From: Octopus vulgaris
Taxonomy: Eukaryota
NCBI GenBank assembly: GCA_951406725.2
Contig: OX597829.1
Coordinates: 29,326,001-29,390,000, forward strand
Direction of reading: 5' to 3'
DNA length: 64,000 nucleotides
In this document: piece by piece, positions 1 through 13,159 of the stretch
How the letters are laid out: each line of letters begins with the position of its first letter
How positions within the stretch are numbered: the first letter of the stretch is position 1
Notes under the pieces: generated by a model
Seen by the model: only the letters and a program-made list of their open reading frames with translations
Told to the model about the DNA's origin: nothing
Databases searched by the model: none
Made by a program: the position numbers and the translations under genes

Positions 1-140
1 AACTTCTTACCACACAGCTATGCCTATGCCTCATATATATATATATATATATGTATGCATGTATGTATATATATAGTATAAAGCTTGTCCACCCTCAAAA
101 TTACTCAATGCTATCCGGTAGCATTATTATATACCTCCTA

Positions 141-360
141 AGGCAGGGAACTGGCAGAATTGTTAGCACGCCATGCAAAATGCTTAGTGGCATTTCGTCT
201 GCCATTACGTTCTGAGTTCAAATTCTGCTGAGGTCGACTTTGCCTTCCATCTTTTTGAGAGTGATGAAATAAGTACCAGTCATGCACTGGAGTCAATGTA
301 ATTGACTCATTCCCATCCCACAGAAATTTTCAAGGCCTTGAGCCTAGAGTTGAAATAATT
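141..360 (+). mobile_element. tRNA-derived SINE with Nin/Deu-like central domain (family B)
   Basis: A-box-like TGGCAGAATTG, B-box GAGTTCAAATTC, then GCCTTCCATC..GATGAAATAAGTACC central block; related copies at 2957, 10898 and 46145. Confidence 0.7.
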
Positions 361-716
361 TTAGCTGAAACTGGAAAATCAAAAATCAAAATCAAATATA
401 CAAAGTAAGATAGGGGTTGTGAGGGTAACCCACTATGGGATAGTGTGAACATTTATACTTGGTACCTTGCTTCATGAATTTTGTTACGTTGTTTAGTATT
501 ACCGTTAAAACAACATTACTGTTGGTTTTGTTAAAAATGGTAATATATTACATTAGAATGCACTTACTGATCTATATGAAGCATGATAATCCAAAGTAAT
601 GTGATATACTGTTCAATGTTGTTCTTCATGTTTTTTGCACATGTGATTAATATGTACGATTTGCCTATATGTATATATGTATGTATATTTGTATATTTTA
701 TATGTATATATGTGGT

Positions 717-766
<50 letters not shown>

Positions 767-769
767 TGT

Positions 770-1072
770 ATCATCATCATCATCATCATCGTTTAACGTC
801 CGTTCTCCATGGGTTGGACGGTTCGACCGGGGATCTGGGAAGCCAGAAGGCTGCACCAGGCTCCAGTCTTATCTGGCAATGTTTCTACAGCTGGATGCCC
901 TTCCTGACGCCAACCACTCCGTGAGTGTAATGGGTGCTTTTTACGTGCCACCTGCACAGGTGCCAAGCGAGGCTGGCAACGGCCATGGTCAGATTGGTGT
1001 ATTTTATGTGTCACTGGCATGGAAGCCAGTCGAGGCGGCACTGGCATCGGCCACGATTTGGATAGTGCTTTT
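770..1072 (-). mobile_element. 5'-truncated 3' end of the RTE LINE family, with (GAT)n tail
   Basis: Reverse complement matches the 3'UTR at 27990-28155; (CAT)n at 770-790. Confidence 0.75.
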
Positions 1073-1229
1073 ATATGTATATATTTTATATGTATATATT
1101 TTATATGTATATATGTGGTTATATTTTGAGTATCTCTTTCACCATTTATTTTCTTGTACTTATTGGATAATATGGGAAGCATGTTTTTTATATATCAATA
1201 TTATTATTATAACTTTTTAGTTATGTATA

Positions 1230-1361
1230 TCCTCTGACGAGGCCTTTGGTTATTTAAACAGACAAATATAATCTTTAATGTCTAAGACTATACTACAATG
1301 GCATATATGAGCAATTTAAGGTGGATTGCCTCTTGACCATAGGCTGAAACAGCTGTAAGGA
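1230..1361 (+). ncRNA. Type I hammerhead ribozyme motif with long loop II (Penelope-like pLTR remnant)
   Basis: TCCT-CTGACGA-GGCCTTTGGTTA...TGACCATAGGCT-GAAAC-AGCT-GTA-AGGA: stem I TCCT/AGGA, intact core, stem II about 11 bp, palindromic stem III ACAGCTGT, GUA cleavage triplet; (TA)n begins about 130 nt downstream. Confidence 0.75.
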
Positions 1362-1486
1362 GCAGTTTATTTGTATTATTTAAATTTTATTATTAATTTG
1401 CTTTTTGATGTATATTGTTTTGTTCGATTTTCATGTTCCTCTTTGTATAATTAATAAATAATATGAAATTGTAATATCCGTAAGTT

Positions 1487-1522
<36 letters not shown>

Positions 1523-2149
1523 TACATATATATCATAGACATATATCATCAACATGATTATTATCATGTTAATGTTCATTTTTCCATACTTGCATGGGTT
1601 TAATGGAATTTGTTGACACAGATTTTCTATGGCTGGATACCCTTCTTGTTTCCAAGTAAGGTATGCCCCCTAATCAGATAAGTTTACAAATAATTATTGG
1701 AAACAAAACACCACTTGCACGACAGGGACACTTGTTTACAATTATCACAGAAGGCAGGAAGACAGTAACACACACACATGCATACACGACAGGCTTCTTT
1801 TAGTTTCTGTCTTCTAGATTCACTCATAATGCTTTGGTTGGTATGAAGCTATAGTACAAGACACTTACCCAAGGTGCCACACAGTGAGAATGAACCCAGA
1901 ATCCTGTGTATGTGCTGCATGCACACACACACACACATTATTGCAATGAAATGTGCCTTCAACCATTCAACCATTTCAGGAACTTCAAGACTAGCAACAG
2001 AGTAAGGGAGATTAAACTAGGATTTGAGAGGTACTACTATTTCTTTCTTTGATCTCTGATCTCTGTAAGTCTAAGTCAATGAATGGATGGCTATATATAT
2101 GGTAGGTAGTCCATCGGTGTCTGATGATGACAAAATCTGTTCTCAGTGA

Positions 2150-2956
2150 TGAGAAAGTATATGACCCCACAGTCCAAAGCTGGAAGCACACAGGTGCTCA
2201 CAGATGTTACTAAGGCAGATGCTGCGCTCTGATGTCTTGCAGCATTGAGATGCTGTCATTGGTCGTCTTTGAAGGCAGCTACTGTTTGTGAGGTGAGAGA
2301 TCTTCACATTGATCTGTCTGTGGAAGAGGCTTTGAGTTCACGTGGGCTAATGCTGCTTCCTTTGAAGTTACTTTTCAGAGTGTTTTAGTACCTCAGTTTA
2401 GGTCTTCCTTGATTGCGTGAGCTTGCTGTACAATAGCTGTTTGGGTAAATTGTTGTCAGCCATTTTGATGACATGGCCAGTCCAGCATAACTGAGCCTTC
2501 AGCAACATTGATGCAATGCTTGTTGAATAAGCTCTGTCCAGTACTTCTTTGTTTGTCACACTGTCCTGCCAGCAAATGCCCATGATCCTGTACAGTGAAA
2601 TTGTTCCAGCTTTTTGATGTACCAACAGTATGGGAGTCTATATTTAAACATCCTTAGTGTAGTTAGAAATGGCTACAGCCCTGTAGATCTTGAGCTTTGT
2701 CAATTGTCTTATGCCTTTCTGCTGGAGGATTTTCACTTCCAGTCTTCCAACTGCTTGGCTGCCCCCGTGGATTCTGGATATTTCACTGTCTAATGATCCA
2801 TTGGCTGAGATTGTGCTGCCAAGGTACCTGAAACTTTCCACACACTTAAGCTGGACTTCTTCAGTGGTGATGTTGGAGGTGAATCGTGTTTGGGGCTGCT
2901 TGGACTAGGATCACTGTTTTCTTGAGGCTGATGGTCAGTCCTAAGAGCCTTGATGC
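2150..2956 (-). mobile_element. Decayed RTE-clade LINE fragment (RT thumb and C-terminus)
   Basis: ORF pieces ESFRYLGSTISANGSLDSEISRI..KLKIYRAV and LLKAQLCWTGHVIKM..LPKQLLYS, broken by stops and frameshifts. Confidence 0.75.
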
Positions 2957-3138
2957 TAAATGCTTAGTGGTATTTCGTCTGCCGCTACATTCTGAGTTCA
3001 AATTCCACCGAGGTTGACTTTGCCTTTCATCCTTTTGGGGTCGTTAAATAAGTACCAGTTACGCACTAGGGTTGATATCATCGACTTAATCCGTTTGTCC
3101 TCTCTGTATTTAGCCCCTTGTGGGTAGTAAAGAAATAG
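2957..3138 (+). mobile_element. SINE family B with Tx1-like 3' tail
   Basis: B-box, Nin/Deu-like block GCCTTTCATCC..GGTCG..AAATAAGTACC, tail GCCCCTTGTGGGTAGTAAAGAAA. Confidence 0.75.
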
Positions 3139-3190
3139 CTTTGCAGGTGATTTTCCTTATATATAAATGTGTGTGTGTGTATGTATATAC

Positions 3191-3223
<33 letters not shown>

Positions 3224-3240
3224 CACACGCATACAGACAT

Positions 3241-3272
<32 letters not shown>

Positions 3273-4556
3273 GTAAATAGAATTGCATCACCATGTGTTA
3301 ATTTTCAGGTTGAATTTCTATTGGAAAACAACTTTTCTCTGCACCCTCTAACAAACAGTGGTCTTATGGAAGGAAAGATTCAGTAAGGAAATAACACATC
3401 AAGATATTTACTTATTCTCATACCAGAGGTGTATTTCAAATGCTTGCAATATTGTGGATTTAGCAAAAGGATCTCAAAAAGCCAGATGCTGGTTGTTAAA
3501 TTGAGCAACAGATTAGGTTATTCATATTCTTTCATGCTGCTCTCTGTATATGATTCATTGACTTCTTGTTTGTCTGAAAACAAGGGTTTTCTAAATGATA
3601 TTAAAATTATGTTATTTAGTTCCTCAAGTTATTCAAACTATCAAGGACAGAGAGATATATTACTAATATTGTTTTTTATCCATCAACAACCCATATGTTG
3701 AAACAGAATGTTAACCGCACTCTAAATTCTGCAGATTAATAAGTCTATCCTAAAATTGCCCTGGAGACAACTTCTCCCCATCAAAATAAATAGGAAAAAA
3801 CTCAGTTCATTTGAGATGTTGAGATATAAGTCTTGTCTAAAAGGATAAGGGCAAAAATTGGACAAATGCACATATTTTTTATTATCAACAAAATTATTTT
3901 TAACATTTATAATTTCTTAAGGCATTTGTTTTTACGTAATATATTTTATCTACAAGAAGCTTTTTTTCTATATGAATGATTTAAAGCATCTTTTGTATGC
4001 ATTAAAATTAACAAAGCAGAAATATTTCAAACTATGACGAAAATAGTTTTAAATTATTTGATTTTGTAAGTGTATTCATGTTAATGAAAATATATTAAAT
4101 TAGACGCAAGAGGTATCTAAATGTGAGTGACCCTTATTATAAATGTCTTTTTTTTTTGTTTCAACGATGACGTAAATATGGATATGATATTTCAAGGAAT
4201 AAATTACATTTCTAATTTCATTTGTTTTGTACCTAACCTGTTGGCTTTGGTGATTCTATCTCCTTCACACCCGCTACTTTCATCCTTATCATTAATATTG
4301 CTGTCATTTGCTTCTTTAGCATGTGAATTAAACGAAATATTTATTCATTTTTAATCAATAAATAGTTTGTTGATCTTTTGTTTTATAACAGATCCAAATA
4401 TTCTAAATATTTATCTAAAACAGATATCAAGTATTAAGAAGGAATTCAATAATTCAATATAAATGAAAAAATAAATAAAAGACCATTAATCTGTTTTCTT
4501 TAAATCCATTTCGAAAACACCGTATACATATATATGTGTATAAGTATATCTATACA

Positions 4557-4605
<49 letters not shown>

Positions 4606-4627
4606 GTGTGTTAAATATATATTATAT

Positions 4628-4680
<53 letters not shown>

Positions 4681-5841
4681 TGGATGGATATTATACACAC
4701 ACATATTTGTCCTGAAAACTGAAGTTGGTTCACTCACTTCAAGGCTGACTGCGAGGAAAATTATTTATATAAGTATCTTTTATTTAGGTCATGACAAATG
4801 GTTTCTTTTCGATAACTATAGTATTCCGTAGAAGACGTTGGGCGCGCAAAGTGAAGCGCAAAATTTACTTGAAAATATCTACATTGCAAGTGCTAGTTCA
4901 ACATCTACCGTGACTCAGCAAATTATTTTGTTCAATTTATACATCATATACACTCACACATCCTCCTCGGTTTTCTCTTTATTACAAACTAGAAACGGTT
5001 ATTATTATGAAACAGTTTCTCTTTACTTTCTTGGTTCAAATCCCGCGGGGGTCGATGAAATAAAGTATCATATCATTCAAGTGTCAGGATCGATGCAATC
5101 GACTGGGTCCATCCCTTGAAAACTACTGGTTCTTTAATTAAAATAGAAACTAATTATTCTAATTATTCTCCTTCCCAATTTTTCTGATTGAAACGTGTTA
5201 TGTTACGTAAGTGTGTGCTAGTTTCGCATTTCCAACAACATTTCTTGTCTCTCAATTGTTAAGAATGTCGATTATTAGGCACATGTTATCCTCAGCAATG
5301 CCACGCAGGCTTTCCTTCTTCTGCACGCACCATTCTTTCAAGTCTGTTCACGTAGAATGTCGAGTTTCCACGCCTTAAACATTGAGTTGACTCAGTAAAA
5401 GTTTAAATAAACACAGCAAAATAAAATACAGAAGGCTGGATTTAGTAATGCAGAGATAGAAATTTTTAATGTTATTTAATATACTTATTCGGGTATTTAA
5501 ATATTTGCGACTACAATAGTTAGATGTTGATTGATGATGGCAAAAGTTAATGTGTATATTGGAATTTATTGCATATAAAGTAGGCAGGGCCGAACATGGA
5601 TATTTCCAGCTAGCTTAGGATATAGATTTCTCGTCAGTGTTAAAAGTTCTTGGTCCCAGGATGATAAACGGTAAGGTAGGATGTTTACTACTTTAGTAGG
5701 TCAACACAAGTCGTTTATTTATCTATTAATAAGCAGCGTGTATATACATAAAATGTATATTTCATATTTTACTTTATATATCTCTCTCTTTACACACACA
5801 TAAATTTACCAGCATAACTACCAATATGTATACATTCCTAT

Positions 5842-5878
<37 letters not shown>

Positions 5879-6438
5879 GACACGACTGTTTGTGTTTTGA
5901 TAATTAGACCTAATTAATGAGAATCTCCTTCGTCTTTTTTTTTTTCGGTTTCACAAATTTGAAATCATTGAATCACGTTGCTTTCTTCAATTTTGCTCTA
6001 AACACTATCTCTCTTTCCCCATCCCTATCTTTTATGAATGTTTCGCTTCCTTTCTTTTTGTCTTCCTAAAATGATAAAAAATCAATTGAAAATAACTAAC
6101 CACTAAATAGCAATGAAAATCAATAACATACACAGAATGTGGAGGAAGACAGACATGAAATAGAAGTGAGGGAGTTGTTTTAACAACTGTAGCTGTTGAA
6201 ATATTCCTGAAATTATTGATCTCTCTTTCTCTTTCTTTTCGGTGGAAGGTGCTCTGATAAATATATGAGGCTGAATCATCTTGAATGTTCGTTCCAGTGT
6301 CTGACTGGGTCGGTGACATTAATAAGCATAAAACAACACAAGTGCTTTATTTAGACATAAAGTGAAAAAGTTATTGATTCAAACAGTTTATGTGTGTTTA
6401 TATTTTCGTTTCAAATCTTAGGAAATTAATAAAATATA

Positions 6439-6858
6439 TTGGCGATCTTTCGTCTCTAGTAGACCTTTCCGTCGATTTCCGTAAAAAATTTTTTTTTTTT
6501 ACATATGGGCTTGCGGGAACTTTTGAAGTAATATACATACATATACACATACACAGAGTAAAATATTTCAGTTATCTCTTTCTTTCACACATTACTTTGT
6601 CTCTTCACACACACTAACAGAAGCACTTCACTTACACAACATACTGTCTGTCTCCCACACCCCATCAAACACACACACATGTACATCAATGCTGCCATGC
6701 ACGGTAACTTCAAAAGAACTTCCCTCGTCATACAATCGCTTTCTCTTAGTCTCTTTCGCTCTCATTACTTCAAAAGTTCCCGCAAGCCCATATGTAAAAA
6801 AAAAAAAAATTTTTACGGAAATCGACGGAAAGGTCTACTAGAGACGAAAGATTGCCAA
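6439..6858. mobile_element. MITE with ~95-bp TIRs and TA TSD (Tc1/mariner-type)
   Basis: 6439-6532 is a near-perfect reverse complement of 6764-6858; TA on both flanks. Confidence 0.85.
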
Positions 6859-7627
6859 TATTAATTTAACACGATTAAGAGAGAGAAAATAATAGGTTAA
6901 GATAAATGAAATATCCGAGGAAACAAGCGTTGAAGTTTGTTGATGTATCCAACCAGTCAGTGCTCCATGACATCATGTCTACTGTTGTAAAAGAAATATA
7001 AGAAAATCAAAACAACCAGGGAACGAAGGGAAAATAAGACTGAAAGTTAGAATATTTATTGTAAATAACAGTATTATCGTGTAAAAGTAAATCTAATTCA
7101 GGTACTTTTCGTTACCAGTTAATTACGTTGAGTGTAAACAATGAATGATAATAATAATAATAAAACATCGTTGTTTCACTGTGGGCACTCATATTTCAAT
7201 TATTCAACTGCCAAGACACTTCCACCCACTTGTTTAAATACAACGAACCAGCGTGAGAAGCCTTTCTATGATCAGTCGAACAAAATAACCTTCCATTTAT
7301 CTCCTCTACTGTTGTCTTTTTCTCAAAATGAGCAAAGAGTGTGTGTGTGTGTGTGGGGGGGGAACACACATATAATCGTGTATAAGATAAACGAAATAGA
7401 AAAACGTGACTGTCGTGACTGGAGCGCCTTTGATTTACAGGGATGGCCTAGAGCTGAACACCACTTACTTAATGGCTAAATTTATTTATTTATTGCCTGT
7501 TTTTGGCAAGTGAAGATGTGTCAAATTTTTTTAATTATTTCGTCCCCTTCATTTGTTTTGCTATAAAACATTTAGATATATTTATTTTGTATGGACACGT
7601 TATATACATACATCTATATATATATAT

Positions 7628-7758
7628 ATTTATTATATAGAAGGAGCTTCTACAGGACTAGAACTGTTTCATTCAAGAGAAATCTTCAGGAAGCTCCTGA
7701 AGATTTCTCTTGAATGAAACAGTTCTAGTCCTGTAGAAGCTCCTTCTATATAATAAAT
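7628..7758. repeat. Perfect palindrome (64-bp arms, 3-nt loop) containing a hammerhead motif
   Basis: 7628-7691 is the reverse complement of 7695-7758; flanked by (TA)n. Confidence 0.95.
7643..7697 (-). ncRNA. Type I hammerhead ribozyme motif
   Basis: Minus strand GGAGCTTC-CTGAAGA-TTTCTCTTGAAT-GAAACAG-TTCTAGTC-CTGTA-GAAGCTCC: 8-bp stem I, core, 3-bp stem II, stem III ACAG/CTGT, GUA site. Confidence 0.8.
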
Positions 7759-7824
7759 TAATTTTACTCTGCTATGTATTGAGTACCTTATTTACTGTGG
7801 TTAACCCCGAATCAACCCGGGACC

Positions 7825-7885
<61 letters not shown>

Positions 7886-8728
7886 ATGTGTGTGTGTTAA
7901 TATCGAGGAAAATATTTTAGTTTAATCGTCACAGATGGACGTCGAAACATCATCCGTACTGGTACAAAAGTGGGAAAGACACTTGAAACAATTTATAACC
8001 TTCTCGAAGCTGCCCATGTCTCCTCCTCTTCCATATAACAGCTGACAGAACAATCATGGCTGCTTTCTCGCTCCTACATGATTTTAAACTAGTTTCGAAT
8101 CATCGAAGATATTTCATCTCTTTTTTTTTTTTTCACTTGCAACTCTTGTGAATTTTTTATTTATAAATCTTCGTCATCTTTCAATTCGGCCAATTCTTCA
8201 ATCAACATCTAAATAAATATTTATACACGCTTTACACAGCCTGATAGTCATTTCCACGCCCACAAGAGTATAATCGCCACCTCCACCATATTTATACCAT
8301 CGGTCCCAAAACAACATTTTCACTCTCACATTCCACTTATCTTTATAATTATTTTAGTAAACTAACTCCACTAAAAGATCCAAGCCATGTCTTTTTTTGT
8401 AATTAGACTGAGCAGCGTGTCTCGTTTGTATATTATAGCACAAAAAAAAAGTAAAGAAAGAAAGAAAAAATAAAGTGACAGTCTCTTTCCGTAGTGAAAC
8501 ATTTATTTACCATTCCACAAAATGAATCACGTGCTAATTTCCCCTTCAATGTTTGCAAACATTCCGAGAGAAAAATAATCTGATAAACCTGATATGTTTT
8601 CCAACCATCTGTTAAAATATTTCCACTAGTTTCTGATAAGGAGAAATGTTTCTGCTCTCTCTCTCTCCTCTCTTTACACGTGTTTTCAATACTCCTTATC
8701 CTAAATCTCTTTCTTGGCATGCGACAGC

Positions 8729-8767
<39 letters not shown>

Positions 8768-10897
8768 TGTAATAGTGGAAGTTGCTTCTAATAACGGATA
8801 GTGCTATCAAAACCGGTTATTGTTATAAAAACAAAAGAATACTGAATTCTGTATTTGCTAAATGTTATCGTCGTTTATTATTGTCAAAAAGGATTCGCCT
8901 CGACTAAGTAGCTGTATATATATATATATACATTCATATGATTTTTAATCTGCTGAATGTACAAATTGACTCCAAGGACCTGCACGAAAATCTCGGCCCT
9001 TGAGTCACTTTGGAACTTCTGCTGATTAAAAAAAAAATGTCTATACACATGCTTTGAGTTGTACTTATCCCATTATGTAATTATTCTAACATCTACTTGT
9101 AACGTGGATGTCGTCTATGATACGATGTGTTATAAATTCTCCCGATTTTGTCCTCGTATTCTTCAACGAAGCTCGAGCATATCTTAGACATGACTTCACC
9201 ACTTTTCTTGTTTTCCTCTGCATCTTGCTACTGATATTTTGCACTGCCAAAAGCATACTTAGGTACTCTATAGACATAGCATCACATTTGCTTCGTTTAA
9301 TTAATAACATCTTATTAAAATTAGAGTGGCGGTGGTTGTCAGTGAAATGAAGATGATATTTATTGGTTTTGTAAATTTTGGGAAAAATCATGTATTCCAC
9401 GACAGAATACGTTTCAGAACAGTTGTCTTAGGGTTTTCATAATAAGTGAAAACATAATAGGACGGGATACCATGCAAATGTGTGTTTATAATAGGAAAAC
9501 ATTGTTCGAAAAGTGATAGAATGTTTATATATCTCAATCACGAAATGTGGACTAAATCTTTGAGTTGGTTTTGAATTTTGGCTTAGTCACCTACATCCTA
9601 CTAATTCTTTGTTTTCATTTCTATTATTAATAAGTGCCTTTAGGTGACGGTTCTCAGACTATTTTGCTATGGAACCTTTAGATTTTTCCCCCCCAACTCA
9701 TACTGATAATTCACCCCACCAGTCTAATTTTATTAAAACTAGGTGAAACAGAAAAATGTTCCAAAAAGAGAATTCATACACTGTAATATTTTTAAAATGG
9801 TGAATGATATCTTTTAACAATCAATATTTTTTATTAGATTTTATTAAAAGTTAAAAGGCGTCTTTTCTCACAGAACCTCAAGAATTTTTCAAGAAACCCA
9901 GTTTAAAAGACAGTCCCAAGGAAAGGTATGAATGTCAAAATTTCTATTTTGAACAATTTTCAAAAATACAATTGAATATCATTCATTAAACAAATACCAC
10001 ATATATAAAATGTAAGTCTGTTGTGATTTTCTTATTTTTATCGCTTGGTCTGGAGAAGGGGAAGTGTCCTGATATGATACTAAAGGCTTTAGATATAAAA
10101 TATGAAACAGCTACAAATGGTGTATGTATATTGGTGGCATATCTTGTATGTATGTATGCATTTTCTATATTTTCTCTTTCTCTTGTACAAATATATGAAG
10201 CCCAATATACCTATCATGACTATCTGTCTAATAAGAGACTTGTGTGTGTGTGTTCGTGTTCTCTTTCTATTTTTAATTTTAGAGTAAATTTTGACCAGTC
10301 ACCTACTTGGTAGCAAGATTGTGAAGGAAAGCATCTTGTTTTAAACCATCGTCCTTTAAATCTTAAGAACATCTTACAAATTTTTACAGTTCCAGATATT
10401 GTGATCATTTGCATTGCATGAATTAAGGATTTGCATTCTCTCTCCAAGATCCCAAGTTTGGTCCTACTTTGCTCCAGACAGGTTGGTATGTATCCTGTTG
10501 CTTCAATAATACTAAGTATGAACCTGAAAGTGTGTCTTGGTTACTGGATTTGCAAACTCCTTATCAATACTCCATAGATATCCTTTCTCTCTTGTATTTT
10601 TCTAACCACATTGGTGTCCAGAGGGCAGCTGATTTCCACAACAGAATATATCTTTTCTTTGTCTTCCCACATAACAATATTTTAAGTCCCACCAACATTC
10701 TTTTGACTCATTGGTCTCAATATGGTCGATTTTGTCTGTTGGTGTTTTCTTTTTTGTTATCCTGTATGCATGCATGCATATATGTGCCATCATCATCATC
10801 ATCATTTAATGTCTGTCTACCATGTTGGACAGTTTGACTGGAGCTTGTAAGCCAGAAGACTACACCAAGCTCTACTGCCTGCTTTGGTGTGGTTTCT

Positions 10898-11065
10898 TAT
10901 TTCTTTATTGCCCAGAAGGGGCTAAACATAGAGGAGACAGACAAGACCCCAAAAGGATGAAAGGCAAAGTCAACCTCAGTGGAATTTGAACTTAGAACAT
11001 AACAGCAGACGAAATACCGCTAAGCATTTTGCCCAATGTCCTAACGTTTCTGCCAGCTTGCCGCC
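10898..11065 (-). mobile_element. SINE family B (internally deleted) with ~13-bp TSD
   Basis: Head GGCGGCAAGCTGGCAGAAACG, tail GCCCCTTCTGGGCAATAAAGAAATA; TTTGGTGTGGTTT at 10883-10895 and 11066-11078. Confidence 0.75.
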
Positions 11066-12291
11066 TTTGGTGTGGTTTTTATGGCTGGATGACCTTCCTA
11101 ATGCCGACCATTTTACAGAGTGGACTAGGTACTTTTTATGTGGCACCAGGATTGGCGAGGACTTTGGCATTATTTTTATGGCTGGATGCCCTAAAAACAC
11201 CAACTACTTTACAGAATGAACTGGATGTTTTTTTTTTACCTGACACCAGCACCAGGAACGTCACCAACTAACTTGCAAGACAAAGATCCTTTGAGAAAGG
11301 GTGGTAATGAAGGAAGTGGATTTACACTTGGTAATGAGAGGTCAGAGTAAAACGGTGGGACAGAAACAGGTGTCTTGCTGTAAAGGAGTTACATGGTTAC
11401 CCCAGTCAGAGGGGGAAAGGAAGAGAGATAGATAGAGAGGGAAATGGTGGCAATGTGCCAGGGAATATTCTCCAGGTATGAGGATGTAAATATAAATGGG
11501 GTGGTAGAGGATTCCACAGGATACATAAGTAGGGAGTTAACATGAATGCAAAAGGGGGTGGGGAGATGCAAGTGACTGGTGAAACTTGGGTATATAAGGG
11601 TATGACAAGATAGGAGTGATACAGTTAGCAGGGCAGGGAGAGATGATAAAGAAGAGGAGATGTAGTTTAGTCTATTAGGGTAGGATGTGTGAAAAATTTA
11701 ATGTTACATGTTGGTGGAACACACAGTGTTTCCAAAACTCAGTTTCACTGAGGTGGGTGGGTCTTCACAAGAGCCTCATTTCATCTCAGTCCCTTGTCAT
11801 CTCCTCAATGAAGCTGTTCACCTCATTCACTTACAAGGCTTTAATTGACTTCTTGCCACACAACCTTACCTTATCCATCTCTGCAGTGGGGTAGCATGGG
11901 GTCTGTTTAGCATTGAGAGTGGTCACTTTATATGTATGTATTTGGGGTAGTCAAAGGTGTTATGTTACCACACAGAGTGGCCAAACCCCAAAACCCATAC
12001 TATGCCATTGCATCTCTGCACCTTGCCTCATCATGATTCTTCCATTCTTGAACCTATTAGGTTTAGTAATCATGTTACTGTTAGCTCAATCTGAGCCTTA
12101 ACTTTGATCCTGCTGGATACCCATATTCTATGCATAAACATTAAGGACCGTTTAGGGAACAGATACTTTTTTTAGTTATTAATCAGATTAAGTTGTAAGT
12201 GAACAGACCTGTGATCAAAGGCTTCCATGCTATGGCAAGTTTTTTTTTTTTACTTTTAGGCATTGCTTGTTTAGGACTACATTATCTAAGG

Positions 12292-13066
12292 CAGGGCTTC
12301 CCAACCTGGTCCATAGGAAAATTCAGATGGTCTGTGAAAAATTTTCTGTGGTCCACCCGAAGAATTTAAATTTTTCCGTACACATACATCATGCAAATGA
12401 AATATGCCTCATTGCATATGCATGAGCACATATGAGTGCACTCATTGCCTATTGGGTGATTAGCTATCCAATCATACATGGACGCGTACCAGACAGGTAC
12501 AGGTGTGTACAATTGGATTCACGTTTGCGAGCATTAAAAACACACAGCGTTTGAACCTCAATAACAATGCTGATTTCAGAATTCGCTTGAGCCAAGGATT
12601 TCTCAGCTTGTTGATTAAAAAGCAAGCCTAAGGATCTCACTGAAGGTTTCTTGACATTTTTCTTGACGACTTGTCACTGACATTTTAAAATTAATTCAAT
12701 TTGTTATATTCCCTCAAACGTTTACACAACCTTTTGTACAGATCCTCATATTTTTTTAATTTACCCTTCACATTGTTATATTTTAACTGTACAGCTTTTT
12801 TCTGAATAAAAGTGGGTGTTTTCCATGACTCAGTGACCTTTTCTATTCAATTCTATCAAATAAAGCTTTCTTGAGAATCATGTGCATTTGCAAATTGGTT
12901 TTGTTATTGGTGTTCTCAGTTATTTGTTCTCTGTGATGTCCCTTACAAGAACAAAAAAGGAACTTTCATTGCAAAGTGAAAATTATACTAATATTTATAA
13001 GTAGCAGTTCTTGGAAAAAATTACTTATTTTGGTGGTCCACAGCAAAAAAAGTTTGGGAACCCCTG
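12292..13066 (+). mobile_element. Non-autonomous hAT (Charlie-like) DNA transposon
   Basis: TIRs CAGGGCTTCCCAACCT / AGTTTGGGAACCCCTG; perfect 8-bp TSD ATCTAAGG (12284-12291, 13067-13074); internal remnant KKQA*GSH* resembles a Charlie transposase C-terminus. Confidence 0.9.
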
Positions 13067-13159
13067 ATCTAAGGTGTTCCTCTCTTCTCAGTAAGGGTAT
13101 AAACAGAGCAATACTGGTTCATTTTTTTTTTTAGATTGGGGAAAGGAATTTGATCTAAT

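Noticed and set aside
583-1220. ORFs rich in YI/CV/HT/HHH runs (also 3078-3386, 4486-4831, 14761-15083, 21703-22393, 34796-35944)
   Set aside because: Translations of (TA)n, (TG)n, (CAT)n and (AG)n microsatellites and repeat tails
3521-4340. Possible two-exon minus-strand gene end (..ITKANRL / DKQEVNESYTESSMKEYE*)
   Set aside because: The acceptor near 3574 looks plausible, but the upstream segment has an in-frame stop and no acceptor; no homology recognised
6032-6319. 95-aa ATG ORF
   Set aside because: No recognisable domain or splice support; low-complexity content
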